Below are positions 20,301 through 28,771 of a stretch of DNA of 64,000 nt, piece after piece. Both the position numbers and the translations under genes were made by a program. The notes under the pieces are model-generated. The model had not been told where the DNA came from, did no database searches, and saw nothing but the letters and a program-made list of their open reading frames with translations. Origin of the DNA: Polyangiales bacterium (lineage in GTDB: Bacteria > Myxococcota_A > Polyangia > Polyangiales > Polyangiaceae); assembly GCA_038230375.1 (NCBI GenBank), contig JBBRNJ010000017.1:32001-96000 (forward strand). Reading direction: 5' to 3'. The number at the start of each line of letters is the position of its first letter. Position 1 is the first letter of the stretch.

Positions 20301-21001
20301 GGCGTGGTCGTCCACACCAGGAGCGAGACGTCGGTGCCGTTGCCGCTCGCGTCACGGAGAGGGAACGCGACGTACACGCTGGGGTCGTCGACGGTCTTGT
20401 ACCCCTGCCCGACCTCGCCCGCGCTGAGCGCCGTGCCGCCCTGCGCCCACCACCACACGACCTTGTGCCCCTTGTAGAGGAGGTCCTTCTTGAAGAGCTC
20501 GGACAGCGCCCACCACACGCTCTCGACGTAGTCCTTGTGGTACGTGACGTACGCGCTGGGCAGATCGATCCAGAAGCCAAGGCGCTCGGTGAGCTTCTCC
20601 CACTCGTCCGTGTAGCGGAACACGCTCTCGATGCACTTCTTCGCGAACGGCTCCACGCCGTACTTCTCGATCTCGCTCTTGCCGTGGATGCGGAGCTCCT
20701 TCTCCACCTCGACCTCGACGGGGAGACCGTGCGTGTCCCATCCGGCCTTGCGCGGGACGCCGAAGCCGCGCATGGTCTTGTAGCGAGGGAAGAGATCCTT
20801 CACCACGCGCGTGAGCACGTGCCCATTGTGAGGCGTTCCGTTCGCCGTGGGCGGACCCTCGTAGAAGACGAAGCTCGGTCGGTTCTTGCCCGCATCGAGC
20901 GTCTTCTGGAAGATTCCCTTCTCCCTCCAAAAGCGGAGAACGTCTTTCTCCTCTTTCGGAAAATTGAGCTCGGTGGGAACCTTCTCGAACACGTGACTCA
21001 T
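17333..21001 (-). CDS. ileS: Isoleucine--tRNA ligase, type 2 (archaeal/eukaryote-like)
   Basis: FYEGPPTANG, GWDTHGLPVE, WTTTPWTL, GTGIVHIAPAFGEDD, DWALSRERFWGTP, DQTRGWFY, SNWYVRRSRERFW; long type 2 C-terminus. Confidence 0.96.
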   Translation of the reverse strand: MSHVFEKVPTELNFPKEEKDVLRFWREKGIFQKTLDAGKNRPSFVFYEGPPTANGTPHNGHVLTRVVKDLFPRYKTMRGFGVPRKAGWDTHGLPVEVEVEKELRIHGKSEIEKYGVEPFAKKCIESVFRYTDEWEKLTERLGFWIDLPSAYVTYHKDYVESVWWALSELFKKDLLYKGHKVVWWWAQGGTALSAGEVGQGYKTVDDPSVYVAFPLRDASGNGTDVSLLVWTTTPWTLSSNMYAAVNPKYTYVQVACNAHAGRKLVVAKELVPALTKKLGELTIEREFPASELLDRRYTPPFALYALEHDHRVIAADFVTLDAGTGIVHIAPAFGEDDFVAHKKVTQGDPTATLLCAVKPDGTFIPEMGKYAGRWVKDCDKELSQELKERGLLVFAEQYRHEYPFCWRADTDPLIQYARPAWYIRTTQKKDDAIANNRAVRWAPEHIKEGRFGDFLANNVDWALSRERFWGTPLNVWVCEKDETHLAAPSSCAEIEKRNPQAFSYFAECKKKDPSLSDHLMVHKPWIDQVTFACDHQVNGAPCGGTMKRVTEVIDCWFDSGCMPFAQWGFPHKGHDDFKRSFPADFISEAIDQTRGWFYSLLMISTLVFDEECQKRLGLPTTVQYPHPYKSCIVLGHVGDKEGKKESKGKGNYTPPDVIIDEVKLDFAVTDAESAGLKGAPKAGSVTICREDMEGLDLQEGATVRVRRADSEEWSERSMTYTVAVGKGMRRRVVVLTPEDVQKLGVRLTEVRDVKPVEVPRLPKDERLTICDPDSPAPGSDAFRWFFYASNPPWSNTRHSLSNVRALQKETLIKLRNVYSFFTIYGSIDAFDPKAGRIPEKERPELDRYILSELEKLVLGVQTDMDAYDVYTATLKITDFVDALSNWYVRRSRERFWRSAKLGEDQDKRAAFETLYECLVTTSKVMAPFTPFAAEAMYRNLTSALGSSVPESVHLASFPEPRPHLIDDALGKKMRAVRDLVSLGLGVRTHAKIKVRQPLGVAHIILSDVTLKASLAESLPMIKEELNVLDVSFVPESETDKYVSFSVKPNFRTLGQKGKGREAQALKKSMTGLTADVARTIVTAVWEKGEATWDGVLLAREDVEISFETKDGFAAQGDKVGVVVLDTRLDESLLALGYARELQNRLQAMRKDMNLDYADRVLVTIVGTPRTKEIVERHGDDIGREVLATSLTMHLASANVPPPADGKIVDVEGESLTISMTRA

Positions 21002-22289
21002 GCGCAAGGCATTTAGCACAGCTCCCATCGTCTTCGGCCTGTGCCTTGCGTCGCTCACGCGGACCGAGCCGGCGGCGGCGGCGGATCCAGAAGCAGGTCT
21101 CGCCATCGACCGGCTCGACCGTCCGTCGGTCGGCAGCCGCTTCTACGCATCGGACACGCTTGCCCTGCGCGAGCCATGGCGTCCCGCGTTCGGGTTGATG
21201 ACGGGCTACACATATCGCGCATTCTCGATCGTGCAGGCAGATGGACGCCGCTCGACCCTCGTGCGCAACCTGTGGACCGCCGACATCGCGGGCGACATCG
21301 TGATCGCGGGCGGCCTGCGGCTCGGGCTCTCGTTCCCCATGGCGCTCTTCGAGGACGGGCACGACACGCTCATCGGCACGTCTGCGATCGTGGCGCACCA
21401 GGGCGCCGCCGTTGGCGACGTGCGCATCGCGGGTGACGTCTACGCGTACGGCGATCAGAGCTCGCCGCTCCAGGTGGCCGTCGGCGTGGCTGCGTACTTG
21501 CCCACCGGCGACCGCGCTGCGTTCATGGGCGACGGAACCGCGCGCGTTCATCCGCGCGTGCTGCTCACCGGTCGCACGCGCGCGCTCGTGTGGGGAGCGC
21601 GTGCAGGATACATGCTTCGCCCGCACGAGGAATTCCTCGGAGGCGTGGAGCTCGGGAGCGAGGCGGTGTTCGGCGGCTCGTTCGGGCTCCAGCACGGCGC
21701 GCTCACGGTGGGGCCAGAGCTGCTTGCGTCGACCGTGATCTCCAGCAAGTCGGGCCCCTTCACGAAGGAGACCACGGCGGTGGAGGCGCTCCTGTCCGCG
21801 CACCACGACGTGGCCAGGACGGTCATCGCGGGCGTGGGCCTGGGCACGCGCATCACCGAGGGCCTGGGCGCGCCAACGTTCCGCGCCGTGCTCTCGTTCG
21901 AGTACATGCCAGCGCAGCGGTTCAAGGCACCCGACCGCGACAACGACGGCGTCCCCGACGAGATCGATCGCTGCCCCGACGTGCCCGGCTGCGATCCGCA
22001 CGAGCCGGGCTGCCCCATGCCTCCGATCGACACCGACGGCGACGGCGTGCCCGACTACCTGCCCACGTGCTCGCTCCTGCCGACCGCGCCATCGACGGAC
22101 GGCCCGCCCACGGTACCGGTCACTCCCACGACGCCAGCGAAGCCCGTCGGACCCAGCACGCTCGACCCGTGCGAGCGCGTCGACTCCACCGAATGCGGGC
22201 GCCCGAAGGCACCGCCCCCTGTACCACCGTCGCCAGAGCCGCCGCTCCCGATCCCGGAACACATGCGAACCTGGGGTTCAGGTTCCTAG
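21000..22289 (+). CDS. Outer-membrane beta-barrel protein with TSP3-like Ca-binding repeats and Pro-rich tail (no OmpA C-terminal domain)
   Basis: Signal peptide, amphipathic strands, DRDNDGVPD and DTDGDGVPD repeats. Confidence 0.72.
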   Translation: MRKAFSTAPIVFGLCLASLTRTEPAAAADPEAGLAIDRLDRPSVGSRFYASDTLALREPWRPAFGLMTGYTYRAFSIVQADGRRSTLVRNLWTADIAGDIVIAGGLRLGLSFPMALFEDGHDTLIGTSAIVAHQGAAVGDVRIAGDVYAYGDQSSPLQVAVGVAAYLPTGDRAAFMGDGTARVHPRVLLTGRTRALVWGARAGYMLRPHEEFLGGVELGSEAVFGGSFGLQHGALTVGPELLASTVISSKSGPFTKETTAVEALLSAHHDVARTVIAGVGLGTRITEGLGAPTFRAVLSFEYMPAQRFKAPDRDNDGVPDEIDRCPDVPGCDPHEPGCPMPPIDTDGDGVPDYLPTCSLLPTAPSTDGPPTVPVTPTTPAKPVGPSTLDPCERVDSTECGRPKAPPPVPPSPEPPLPIPEHMRTWGSGS

Positions 22290-22300
22290 GTCGTCTGCTC

Positions 22301-22579
22301 TCAGGCCGTCTGAGCGGATGCGCCGACGGACGTGCCGACGGACATCTGCGTGAGCTTCTCGGTCACGAGCTCGAAGCTCGAGTCCAGCGTGGTCACCTTC
22401 ACGAGCTCTGCGTCGGCGACCTTGATCTTGTACTGGCGCTCGATGGCGGCGACGATCTCGACGCCCATCATCGAATCGATCCCGAGGTCCTTGAAGGAGG
22501 TGTTGTCCGGGATGACGTCGATCTCGCTGATTTCAGAGATCAACGCACGAAGCTCCTCTTTCAGATTGGACTGACTCAT
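22301..22579 (-). CDS. Acyl carrier protein
   Basis: FKDLGIDSMMGVEI phosphopantetheine site; small and acidic. Confidence 0.9.
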   Translation of the reverse strand: MSQSNLKEELRALISEISEIDVIPDNTSFKDLGIDSMMGVEIVAAIERQYKIKVADAELVKVTTLDSSFELVTEKLTQMSVGTSVGASAQTA

Positions 22580-22653
22580 GGTGACGGCCTTTCTATAAGA
22601 AATCGCTGAACGCTTGTGTACCGAAATGCAAAGGGCGGGCAAATATCTGGGGA

Positions 22654-22896
22654 TCAGGAGGCCGCACGCAGCTCGACCTCGTCGATGAGCTCTTTGATGG
22701 TCGAGATGGTCGCGAGGTTCTCATCGGGGATGTGAATCTTGAGCTCGCGCTCGAGCGAGCCGATGATCTCGAGCATGCCGAGCGAGTCGATACCGAGCTC
22801 GGCGATGACGGTCGCCTCGACGATGGGAGGGAACTCGCGCTCGGTGACTTCCGCCGCGGTCTTGGAGAAGAGGTCGATGAGGTCTTGCCGTTTCAT
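22654..22896 (-). CDS. Acyl carrier protein
   Basis: ELGIDSLGMLEI motif; start overlaps the FAAL stop. Confidence 0.92.
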   Translation of the reverse strand: MKRQDLIDLFSKTAAEVTEREFPPIVEATVIAELGIDSLGMLEIIGSLERELKIHIPDENLATISTIKELIDEVELRAAS

Positions 22897-24683
22897 GGGG
22901 TCTCTGGAGTGACGGAGCGCGGCTCCGAGCGCTCGGAGCGGAGCCTGGGCAGGTCGCCCGTGCGATAGAGGTCCTTGGTCTTGGCACGCTGCAACTTGCC
23001 GCTGGACGTACGCGGAAGGCCGCTCGGGCTGAGCAGCTCCACCGACTCCGCGGAGAGCGAGAAGCGCTCGAGCAGCACGCGGACGATCTCTGCGCGCAGC
23101 GCCGCGGGATCCGAGGTCGCTGCTTCGGCCGCGACGATGAGGCGCTCACCGCTCGTGGTCGGCGTGCTGGTCGCAACGGAAGGGCTGCTGCCCTCCCCGC
23201 GAACGCTGAACGCAACGACCGCGCCCTTGCGCACGCCGTCGACCTCGGACACGGCCCATTCGATGTCGCTCGGGTAGTAGTTACGCCCGCGAACGATGAT
23301 GAGGTCCTTCTCGCGACCGCACACGTAGAGCTCCCCATCCTTCATGTAGCCAAGGTCGCCGGTGCGCAGCCATCCGCCATCCGCCACGCCAGTGCCCGAA
23401 CATGAAGCGCCTGTTTGCGAGAACGTCGCGGCGGTGCGCTCCGCGTCGCCGAAGTAGCCAGCGCACACGCTGGGCCCGCGGATCACGATGTGGCCCACGA
23501 CGCCATCGGGCCGAACCGCGCGGTCCTCGCCCCAGATCGCGATCTGGTGGCCGGCGAACGGGCCGCCGCAGCACACGATGTCGAGGGCACGATCATCTTC
23601 CGCTTGCGGCTTTGCCTCCGACGCACGGCCCTTCTCGAGCTCCTTGGCCGAGACCACGTCCACGCGCACGCCGCGCTGGAAGCCGCCGAACGTCACCGCG
23701 AGCGTGGACTCCGCCATGCCATACGACGGCAGGTACACCTTCGGGTTGAACCCTGCGGGCGCGAGCTTGTCTGCGAACGTGCGGAGCGTGCTCGCCGAGA
23801 TGGGCTCCGCGCCGCAGCCGGCATGACGAAGCGACGAAAGGTCGAGTGCAGCCGTGTCCGTGGGCTTCAGTCGCTTGGCGACGAGCTCGTAGGCGAAGTT
23901 CGGCGCGTACGTGATGGTGCCGCGCTTCTTCGTGATGGTCTCGAGCCAGATGAGAGGTCGGCGCACGAACGTCGCGGTGGGAATGAACGTGACGGGCACG
24001 TCCGCGAAGAGCGGTCCCACGACGAAGCCGATGAGACCCATGTCGTGGAAGAGCGGGAGCCAGCTCACCCCGTGATCGATCGCGGGGTCGCTGCGCAGGC
24101 CCTCGTGCATGAATGCCTTCGCGTTCGCGGCCAGGTTCCCATGGGACACCATGACGCCCTTCGGACGCGACGTGCTGCCAGAGGTGAACTGAAGGAACGC
24201 GAGGCTGTCGGGCGATACGTCCGCGAGCTCGGCGACATGACCATGGGCCGCGAGCGACTCGGTGGTGATCACCGGCGCCGCGTCCTTGGCTGCAAGCGGC
24301 GCGAGCTTGAGGTCGAGCGATGCCGTCGTGATGCGAGCCTTCGCGCCGGAGATGCGCGAGACGTGCTCGACGCCGTCCTCGAACACCCGGAGATCGCGCG
24401 CCGCGAACGGCGGGAACATCGGGACGGGCACGAGCCCCCCCGCCACCGCGCCGAGGAACGCGAGAACGAAGTCCTGGGGCTCGGGCACGATCAGGACGAC
24501 GCGATCACCCGCGCGCAGTCCGGCGTCATGCAGCGCAGACGCGCGCCGCCCGGCCTCGGTCGCGATCTCGGCGAACGAGAAGGTGCGCTCCCCACCCTCC
24601 GAACGCACGAACGAGAACCCGCGCTTCGTGTCCGAGGACAGCGCGCGAATGGCTTCGTTGAGGGTGTGGCGAGGATGCGTCAT
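22893..24683 (-). CDS. Fatty acyl-AMP ligase (FAAL)
   Basis: LAFLQFTSGSTSRPKGV, SWLPLFHDMGLIG, YGMAESTL, LRTGDLG, GREKDLII, PRTSSGKLQR motifs. Confidence 0.92.
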   Translation of the reverse strand: MTHPRHTLNEAIRALSSDTKRGFSFVRSEGGERTFSFAEIATEAGRRASALHDAGLRAGDRVVLIVPEPQDFVLAFLGAVAGGLVPVPMFPPFAARDLRVFEDGVEHVSRISGAKARITTASLDLKLAPLAAKDAAPVITTESLAAHGHVAELADVSPDSLAFLQFTSGSTSRPKGVMVSHGNLAANAKAFMHEGLRSDPAIDHGVSWLPLFHDMGLIGFVVGPLFADVPVTFIPTATFVRRPLIWLETITKKRGTITYAPNFAYELVAKRLKPTDTAALDLSSLRHAGCGAEPISASTLRTFADKLAPAGFNPKVYLPSYGMAESTLAVTFGGFQRGVRVDVVSAKELEKGRASEAKPQAEDDRALDIVCCGGPFAGHQIAIWGEDRAVRPDGVVGHIVIRGPSVCAGYFGDAERTAATFSQTGASCSGTGVADGGWLRTGDLGYMKDGELYVCGREKDLIIVRGRNYYPSDIEWAVSEVDGVRKGAVVAFSVRGEGSSPSVATSTPTTSGERLIVAAEAATSDPAALRAEIVRVLLERFSLSAESVELLSPSGLPRTSSGKLQRAKTKDLYRTGDLPRLRSERSEPRSVTPETP

Positions 24684-24928
24684 GTGAGCAGGAGGGCGGG
24701 TCAAAATGGGGTGCCCCACGAGGACATTGCAAGATCCGGGCAAAATGTGACGGGAACGGCATGTAGTTGGGCTCGCCACCCGGCGCAAGCTCCGATTGCC
24801 GCAAATGCTGCAGTGCGACGTTTTTTCGGCCGGCAGGGTCCGCGCGGCTCTGCGAAGCCTTCTTCGCGGCTCGGGAAGCGAAGGTGTCGCAAAGAAACCA
24901 CACCGCTTTTCTCAGGTGCGATGAACAT

Positions 24929-26239
24929 GTGACGGGGCTATACACCCGCGTCGTGCAGAGCTACCGGCAAGGATCGGCCGGCGCGACCGGCAGTCCCCGC
25001 GTCTTCATCACCGGGGTGGGCGTCATCAGCTCCATCGGGATCGGTAAGCAGGCGTTCTATGCCAGCCTTCGCGCGGGACGCACCGGCCTCTCCAAGCTGG
25101 GCGCGTTCGCCGCGGGCGATCTCGGCCGCGACATTGCTGGCGAGGTGAAGGACTTCCGCGCCGAAGATCACATGACCCACGCGGAGGCCCGCAACGCTGG
25201 CCGGTGCGCGCACATGGCTGTCGCCGCCGCACGCCTGGCCACGAAGGATGCTGCCATCTCGGACGCCGCGCTCGGTGGACCGCGTGTCGCCGTCGTGATG
25301 GGCACGACCATGGGTGAAGGGGCGCTCCTCGGCGATCTCGAGGGCGCGTGGATCAAGAGCGGCGAAGGCGCGATCAACCGCGCGGATATTCCGCGGTACG
25401 GCTCCACGTTGCTTCCGATCCACGTGGCGCGCGCACTCGGCGTCTCAGGCCTGGTCTCCACGCTGCCAGCGGCATGCGCGGCGGGCAACTACGCGATCGG
25501 CTTCGGTGCGGATCTCATTCGCATGGGCCGCGCGGACGTGGTCGTGTGCGGCGCCGCAGAGCTGCTCCAGGAGCTGCAGTTCGCAGGCTTCGTACGGCTC
25601 GCAGCCATGGCCAAGGAGCGCTGTCGCCCCTTCGACAAGAACCGCGAGGGACTCATCCTGGGTGAAGGCGCCGCAGTCCTCGTGCTCGAGTCCGAAGCGC
25701 ACGCCGTCAGACGCAACGCCGCGGCGCAGGCCGAGGTGCTCGGCATGGGCCTCACGTGCGACGGCTACCACATCACGCGGCCCCATCCAGATGCGGCGGG
25801 CTCGATCGAGGCGATGCGCCAGGCGATTGCACGCTCGGGCATCACGCCGGACGCCGTGGATTTCGTGAACGCACACGGCACGGGCACCAAGGCAAACGAC
25901 GTGGCCGAGACCAAGGTGATGCACGACGTCTTCGCCGGCAGGCGCGTCCCCATCTCCAGCATGAAGAGCATGCTCGGCCACTGCATGGGCGCAGCGAGCG
26001 CGCTCGAGGCCGCCGGCTGTGTCTTCACGCTCGAGACAGGCGTGTATCCGCCCACCATCGGCTTCGAGACTCCGGACCCCGAGTGCGACGTCGACGTGGT
26101 GGCGAACGTCGCGCGCGAAGGCAAGGCCGACATCATCCTCAACAACTCGCTCGCGTTCGGCGGGTACAACGCCGTGACCTGCTTCTCGCGGCCCTACAAG
26201 GTGCCCGAGCTTGGCCTTCCGGCCAGGGATCTTTCGTGA
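24929..26239 (+). CDS. Beta-ketoacyl-ACP synthase (FabF/KS-alpha-like), catalytically intact
   Basis: VFITGVG, PAACAAG (catalytic Cys), NAHGTGT and LGHCMGA (His-His); start approximate (GTG). Confidence 0.9.
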   Translation: MTGLYTRVVQSYRQGSAGATGSPRVFITGVGVISSIGIGKQAFYASLRAGRTGLSKLGAFAAGDLGRDIAGEVKDFRAEDHMTHAEARNAGRCAHMAVAAARLATKDAAISDAALGGPRVAVVMGTTMGEGALLGDLEGAWIKSGEGAINRADIPRYGSTLLPIHVARALGVSGLVSTLPAACAAGNYAIGFGADLIRMGRADVVVCGAAELLQELQFAGFVRLAAMAKERCRPFDKNREGLILGEGAAVLVLESEAHAVRRNAAAQAEVLGMGLTCDGYHITRPHPDAAGSIEAMRQAIARSGITPDAVDFVNAHGTGTKANDVAETKVMHDVFAGRRVPISSMKSMLGHCMGAASALEAAGCVFTLETGVYPPTIGFETPDPECDVDVVANVAREGKADIILNNSLAFGGYNAVTCFSRPYKVPELGLPARDLS

Positions 26240-27405
26240 CGGCCTTGCGCGGCGCATACGGCAGCATGGCCGTGACTGGCATGTCCGTGCTCTCCGCAGC
26301 AGGCATGGGCAAGGACCTCTTCTTCGCCGCCCTCGTGAAGGGCGAGCCCACGCGACCTTCCCCCGTCCAGGATCTGCACGCGTTCGATGCTGCGGCGTAC
26401 GACGCGCCGAACATCGTCGAAGTGAAGGGCTTCGACCCCACCGTGCTGCTCGGCGACAAGGGGCTCCGCACGCTCGACCGCATCACGAAGCTGCTCATCG
26501 TGGCCGCCCGCATGTGCCTCCACGACGCCGGATTCAAGGTGGATGGACAGTGGCAGAAGAGCGAGCCCACGAAGGTCGGCTTCGTGTGCTCGAACGCGTA
26601 CGGCAGCCTGGAGGCGATCACCGAGCTCGATCGGGTGGCCCTCCTCGAGGACGCTCGCTACATCAACCCAGCGAAGTTCCCGAACACGGTCTCCAACAGC
26701 GCCGCGGGCTACGTGAGCATCTGGGAAGATCTGCGCGCGCTCAACGTGAGCGTGTCCAATGGCAACCCCGGAGCGCTCGACGCAGTCGGCATTGCGGAGG
26801 TGCACCTGGCGAGCGGGCGCGCGGACGCGCTCATCACGGGCGGTGGCGAGGCCATGTGCGAGGCGCTGTTCCTTGCATTCAAGAAGCTCGGCGCGCTGCG
26901 CTCACCGGGCTTCTGCCTGGGCGAAGGCGCTGCAATGGTGTGCCTTGAGCCGGAGCTCTCCGCGGAGTCGCGCGGCGCAACGATCCTCGCGCGCGTCACC
27001 GGCTACGGGACACACTTTGCTGCCCCCAAGGACGACGCGCTCCTTCACCCATCCGAGGAAGCCATGGGCACCGCCATCGAGCAAGCGCTCGAGAGCGCCG
27101 ACGTTTCCGCGAAGGACGTGGACCTCGTGATCTCCGGTCTATCGGGCCTGGCGCCGTTCGATGCGGCGGAGCTCGGCGCCATCCACGGTTCGATCGGCAG
27201 GACCGCAAACATCTTCGCTCCGAAGAAGCTTGTCGGCGAGTCACTCGGCGCGTCGGGCGCGCTCGCGCTGGTCGCAGCGGTGCACGCGCGGAACGGCGGC
27301 GGGCTCGGACGAATGGAAGCCGGCCACGCGGTGTCGCGACCGCGGCATGTGCTCGTGACGTCGCTCGGCTACTACGGCAATGCCTCTGCCCTCGTCACCT
27401 CCTGA
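26236..27405 (+). CDS. Non-catalytic ketosynthase paralogue (chain-length-factor-like)
   Basis: KS fold (NPAKFPNTVSNSAAG, GEGAA) but GNPG in place of the catalytic Cys and no His residues (SGLSG, VGESLGA); GTGA overlap with the KS stop. Confidence 0.82.
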   Translation: MTALRGAYGSMAVTGMSVLSAAGMGKDLFFAALVKGEPTRPSPVQDLHAFDAAAYDAPNIVEVKGFDPTVLLGDKGLRTLDRITKLLIVAARMCLHDAGFKVDGQWQKSEPTKVGFVCSNAYGSLEAITELDRVALLEDARYINPAKFPNTVSNSAAGYVSIWEDLRALNVSVSNGNPGALDAVGIAEVHLASGRADALITGGGEAMCEALFLAFKKLGALRSPGFCLGEGAAMVCLEPELSAESRGATILARVTGYGTHFAAPKDDALLHPSEEAMGTAIEQALESADVSAKDVDLVISGLSGLAPFDAAELGAIHGSIGRTANIFAPKKLVGESLGASGALALVAAVHARNGGGLGRMEAGHAVSRPRHVLVTSLGYYGNASALVTS

Positions 27406-27787
27406 CGTTGCCCACGCGGCGGACGCCGCTCGAAATCGCCTGGTTTGGGCCAAAATCATGAGCTTTGTCGGGCGGCAGCATGCCCTCCCGGACCTGGTCG
27501 GTGGCCCAGCTGTGCGATGGCACGAAATCGCATTTCGGACGCCGGTCGGGGCGGCGGCCGCTTACGCAACATGGGTGCAAGATTCACGTTTCTTTTTCGC
27601 GCGTGGCGTTATCCTTTTTGAGTGAGGTGGCGGTGGAGGAGGCCGCGACGAAGGATGATGCGAGTGAGCCGGAAGGGCGAACGACTTGCCCGCGCCGAGC
27701 GACCGACTGGAGTGAAGGCATGAGCTTGCGAGTCAGCCCGCATCGCGAGCGCCGCGCCTGTGCCGAGCGACCGAAGGGAGTGTATGG

Positions 27788-28132
27788 ATGAACATCGCGA
27801 TCACGTTCCGACAGATGGAAGCCACCGAGTCCATGAAGTCCTACGCACAGGACAAAGTCGGCAAGCTGCAGAAGTTCCTGCGCCAACCCATCAAGGGGCA
27901 CGTCACCTTGATGTGCCAGAAGACCATTCAATCAGCCGAGGTTGATGTACACGCAGGCGGTGAGCACTTCCACGCAGCGGAAACGTCGGAGGACATGTAT
28001 GCCTCCATCGACAAGGTGATCGACAAACTCGAGGCGCAGATTCGCAAGACGAACGGCGTCGTGGTCGCCAAGAAGAAGGGCGCAGAGCGCGCCTCGGAGC
28101 GCCTCCTTCCAGAAGGTGCCGAAGACGAGTAG
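27788..28132 (+). CDS. hpf: Ribosome hibernation promoting factor / RaiA (short form)
   Basis: MNIAITFRQME...DMYASIDKVIDKLEAQIRK. Confidence 0.93.
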   Translation: MNIAITFRQMEATESMKSYAQDKVGKLQKFLRQPIKGHVTLMCQKTIQSAEVDVHAGGEHFHAAETSEDMYASIDKVIDKLEAQIRKTNGVVVAKKKGAERASERLLPEGAEDE

Positions 28133-28164
28133 AAGGAAGGAAGCTAGACAGTCCTTCGCAACTT

Positions 28165-28204
28165 GAAGACGCGCCCCTTGCGGTGGGGGTGGGGCGCGCT
28201 CTTC
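28165..28204 (+). other. Intergenic stem-loop between hpf and ptsN
   Basis: gaagacgcgcccc ... ggggcgcgctcttc inverted repeat without a clear U-tract. Confidence 0.55.
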
Positions 28205-28222
28205 AAGGGTCCCGAGAATTCA

Positions 28223-28771
28223 ATGCGACTCGCCGAACTCCTCAGCCCCGACCGCATCGCCATCCGTAGGTCCTCGTCCGCGCCAGACTCGAAGGGCGCG
28301 AAGCTGGACAAGCCGGGTGCACTTCATGAGTTGGCAGGCATGCTGGGACGCGGAACAAGCACGGATGCAGCAGAGGTGGAGCGCGTGCTCGCGGAGCGCG
28401 AGGCGCTTCAGTCCACGGGTATCGGCGAAGGCGTCGCGATTCCGCATGGCGCGCTTGCGGACGTGTCCAGCCAGTGCGCGGCGTTGCTCCTGGTGCCGGA
28501 CGGCCTGGACTTCTCCTCCATCGACGAGCGGGCCGTCCACATCCTCTTTGCGGTGGTGGGCCCGAAGAAGGCGACCGGTGAGCACCTCCGCACGCTCGCG
28601 CGTGTCTCACGTCTGCTGAAGAGCGCAGAGTTCCGCGGCAAGCTGCTCTCGCAAGACAACCCGACCGCCGCGTTCGATCTGATCGCCACCGAGGAGTCCA
28701 ACACGCTCGCGCCCGCGCCGTATCGCGACGCTGGTAACGGCACTGACGGGGAGCGGGGGGGAAAGACTTGA
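28223..28771 (+). CDS. ptsN: PTS EIIA(Ntr)-like protein
   Basis: REALQSTGIGEGVAIPHG; HLRTLARVSRLL. Confidence 0.9.
   Translation: MRLAELLSPDRIAIRRSSSAPDSKGAKLDKPGALHELAGMLGRGTSTDAAEVERVLAEREALQSTGIGEGVAIPHGALADVSSQCAALLLVPDGLDFSSIDERAVHILFAVVGPKKATGEHLRTLARVSRLLKSAEFRGKLLSQDNPTAAFDLIATEESNTLAPAPYRDAGNGTDGERGGKT

Noticed and set aside
27518..27532. Sigma54-like TGGCACG...GCA upstream of hpf
   Set aside because: GG-to-GC spacing is 9 nt rather than the required 10
27380..27791. ORFs 27380..27625 and 27465..27791 as full-length genes
   Set aside because: No recognisable motifs, atypical composition, and they span the likely hpf promoter region; only the last 23 codons have an RBS
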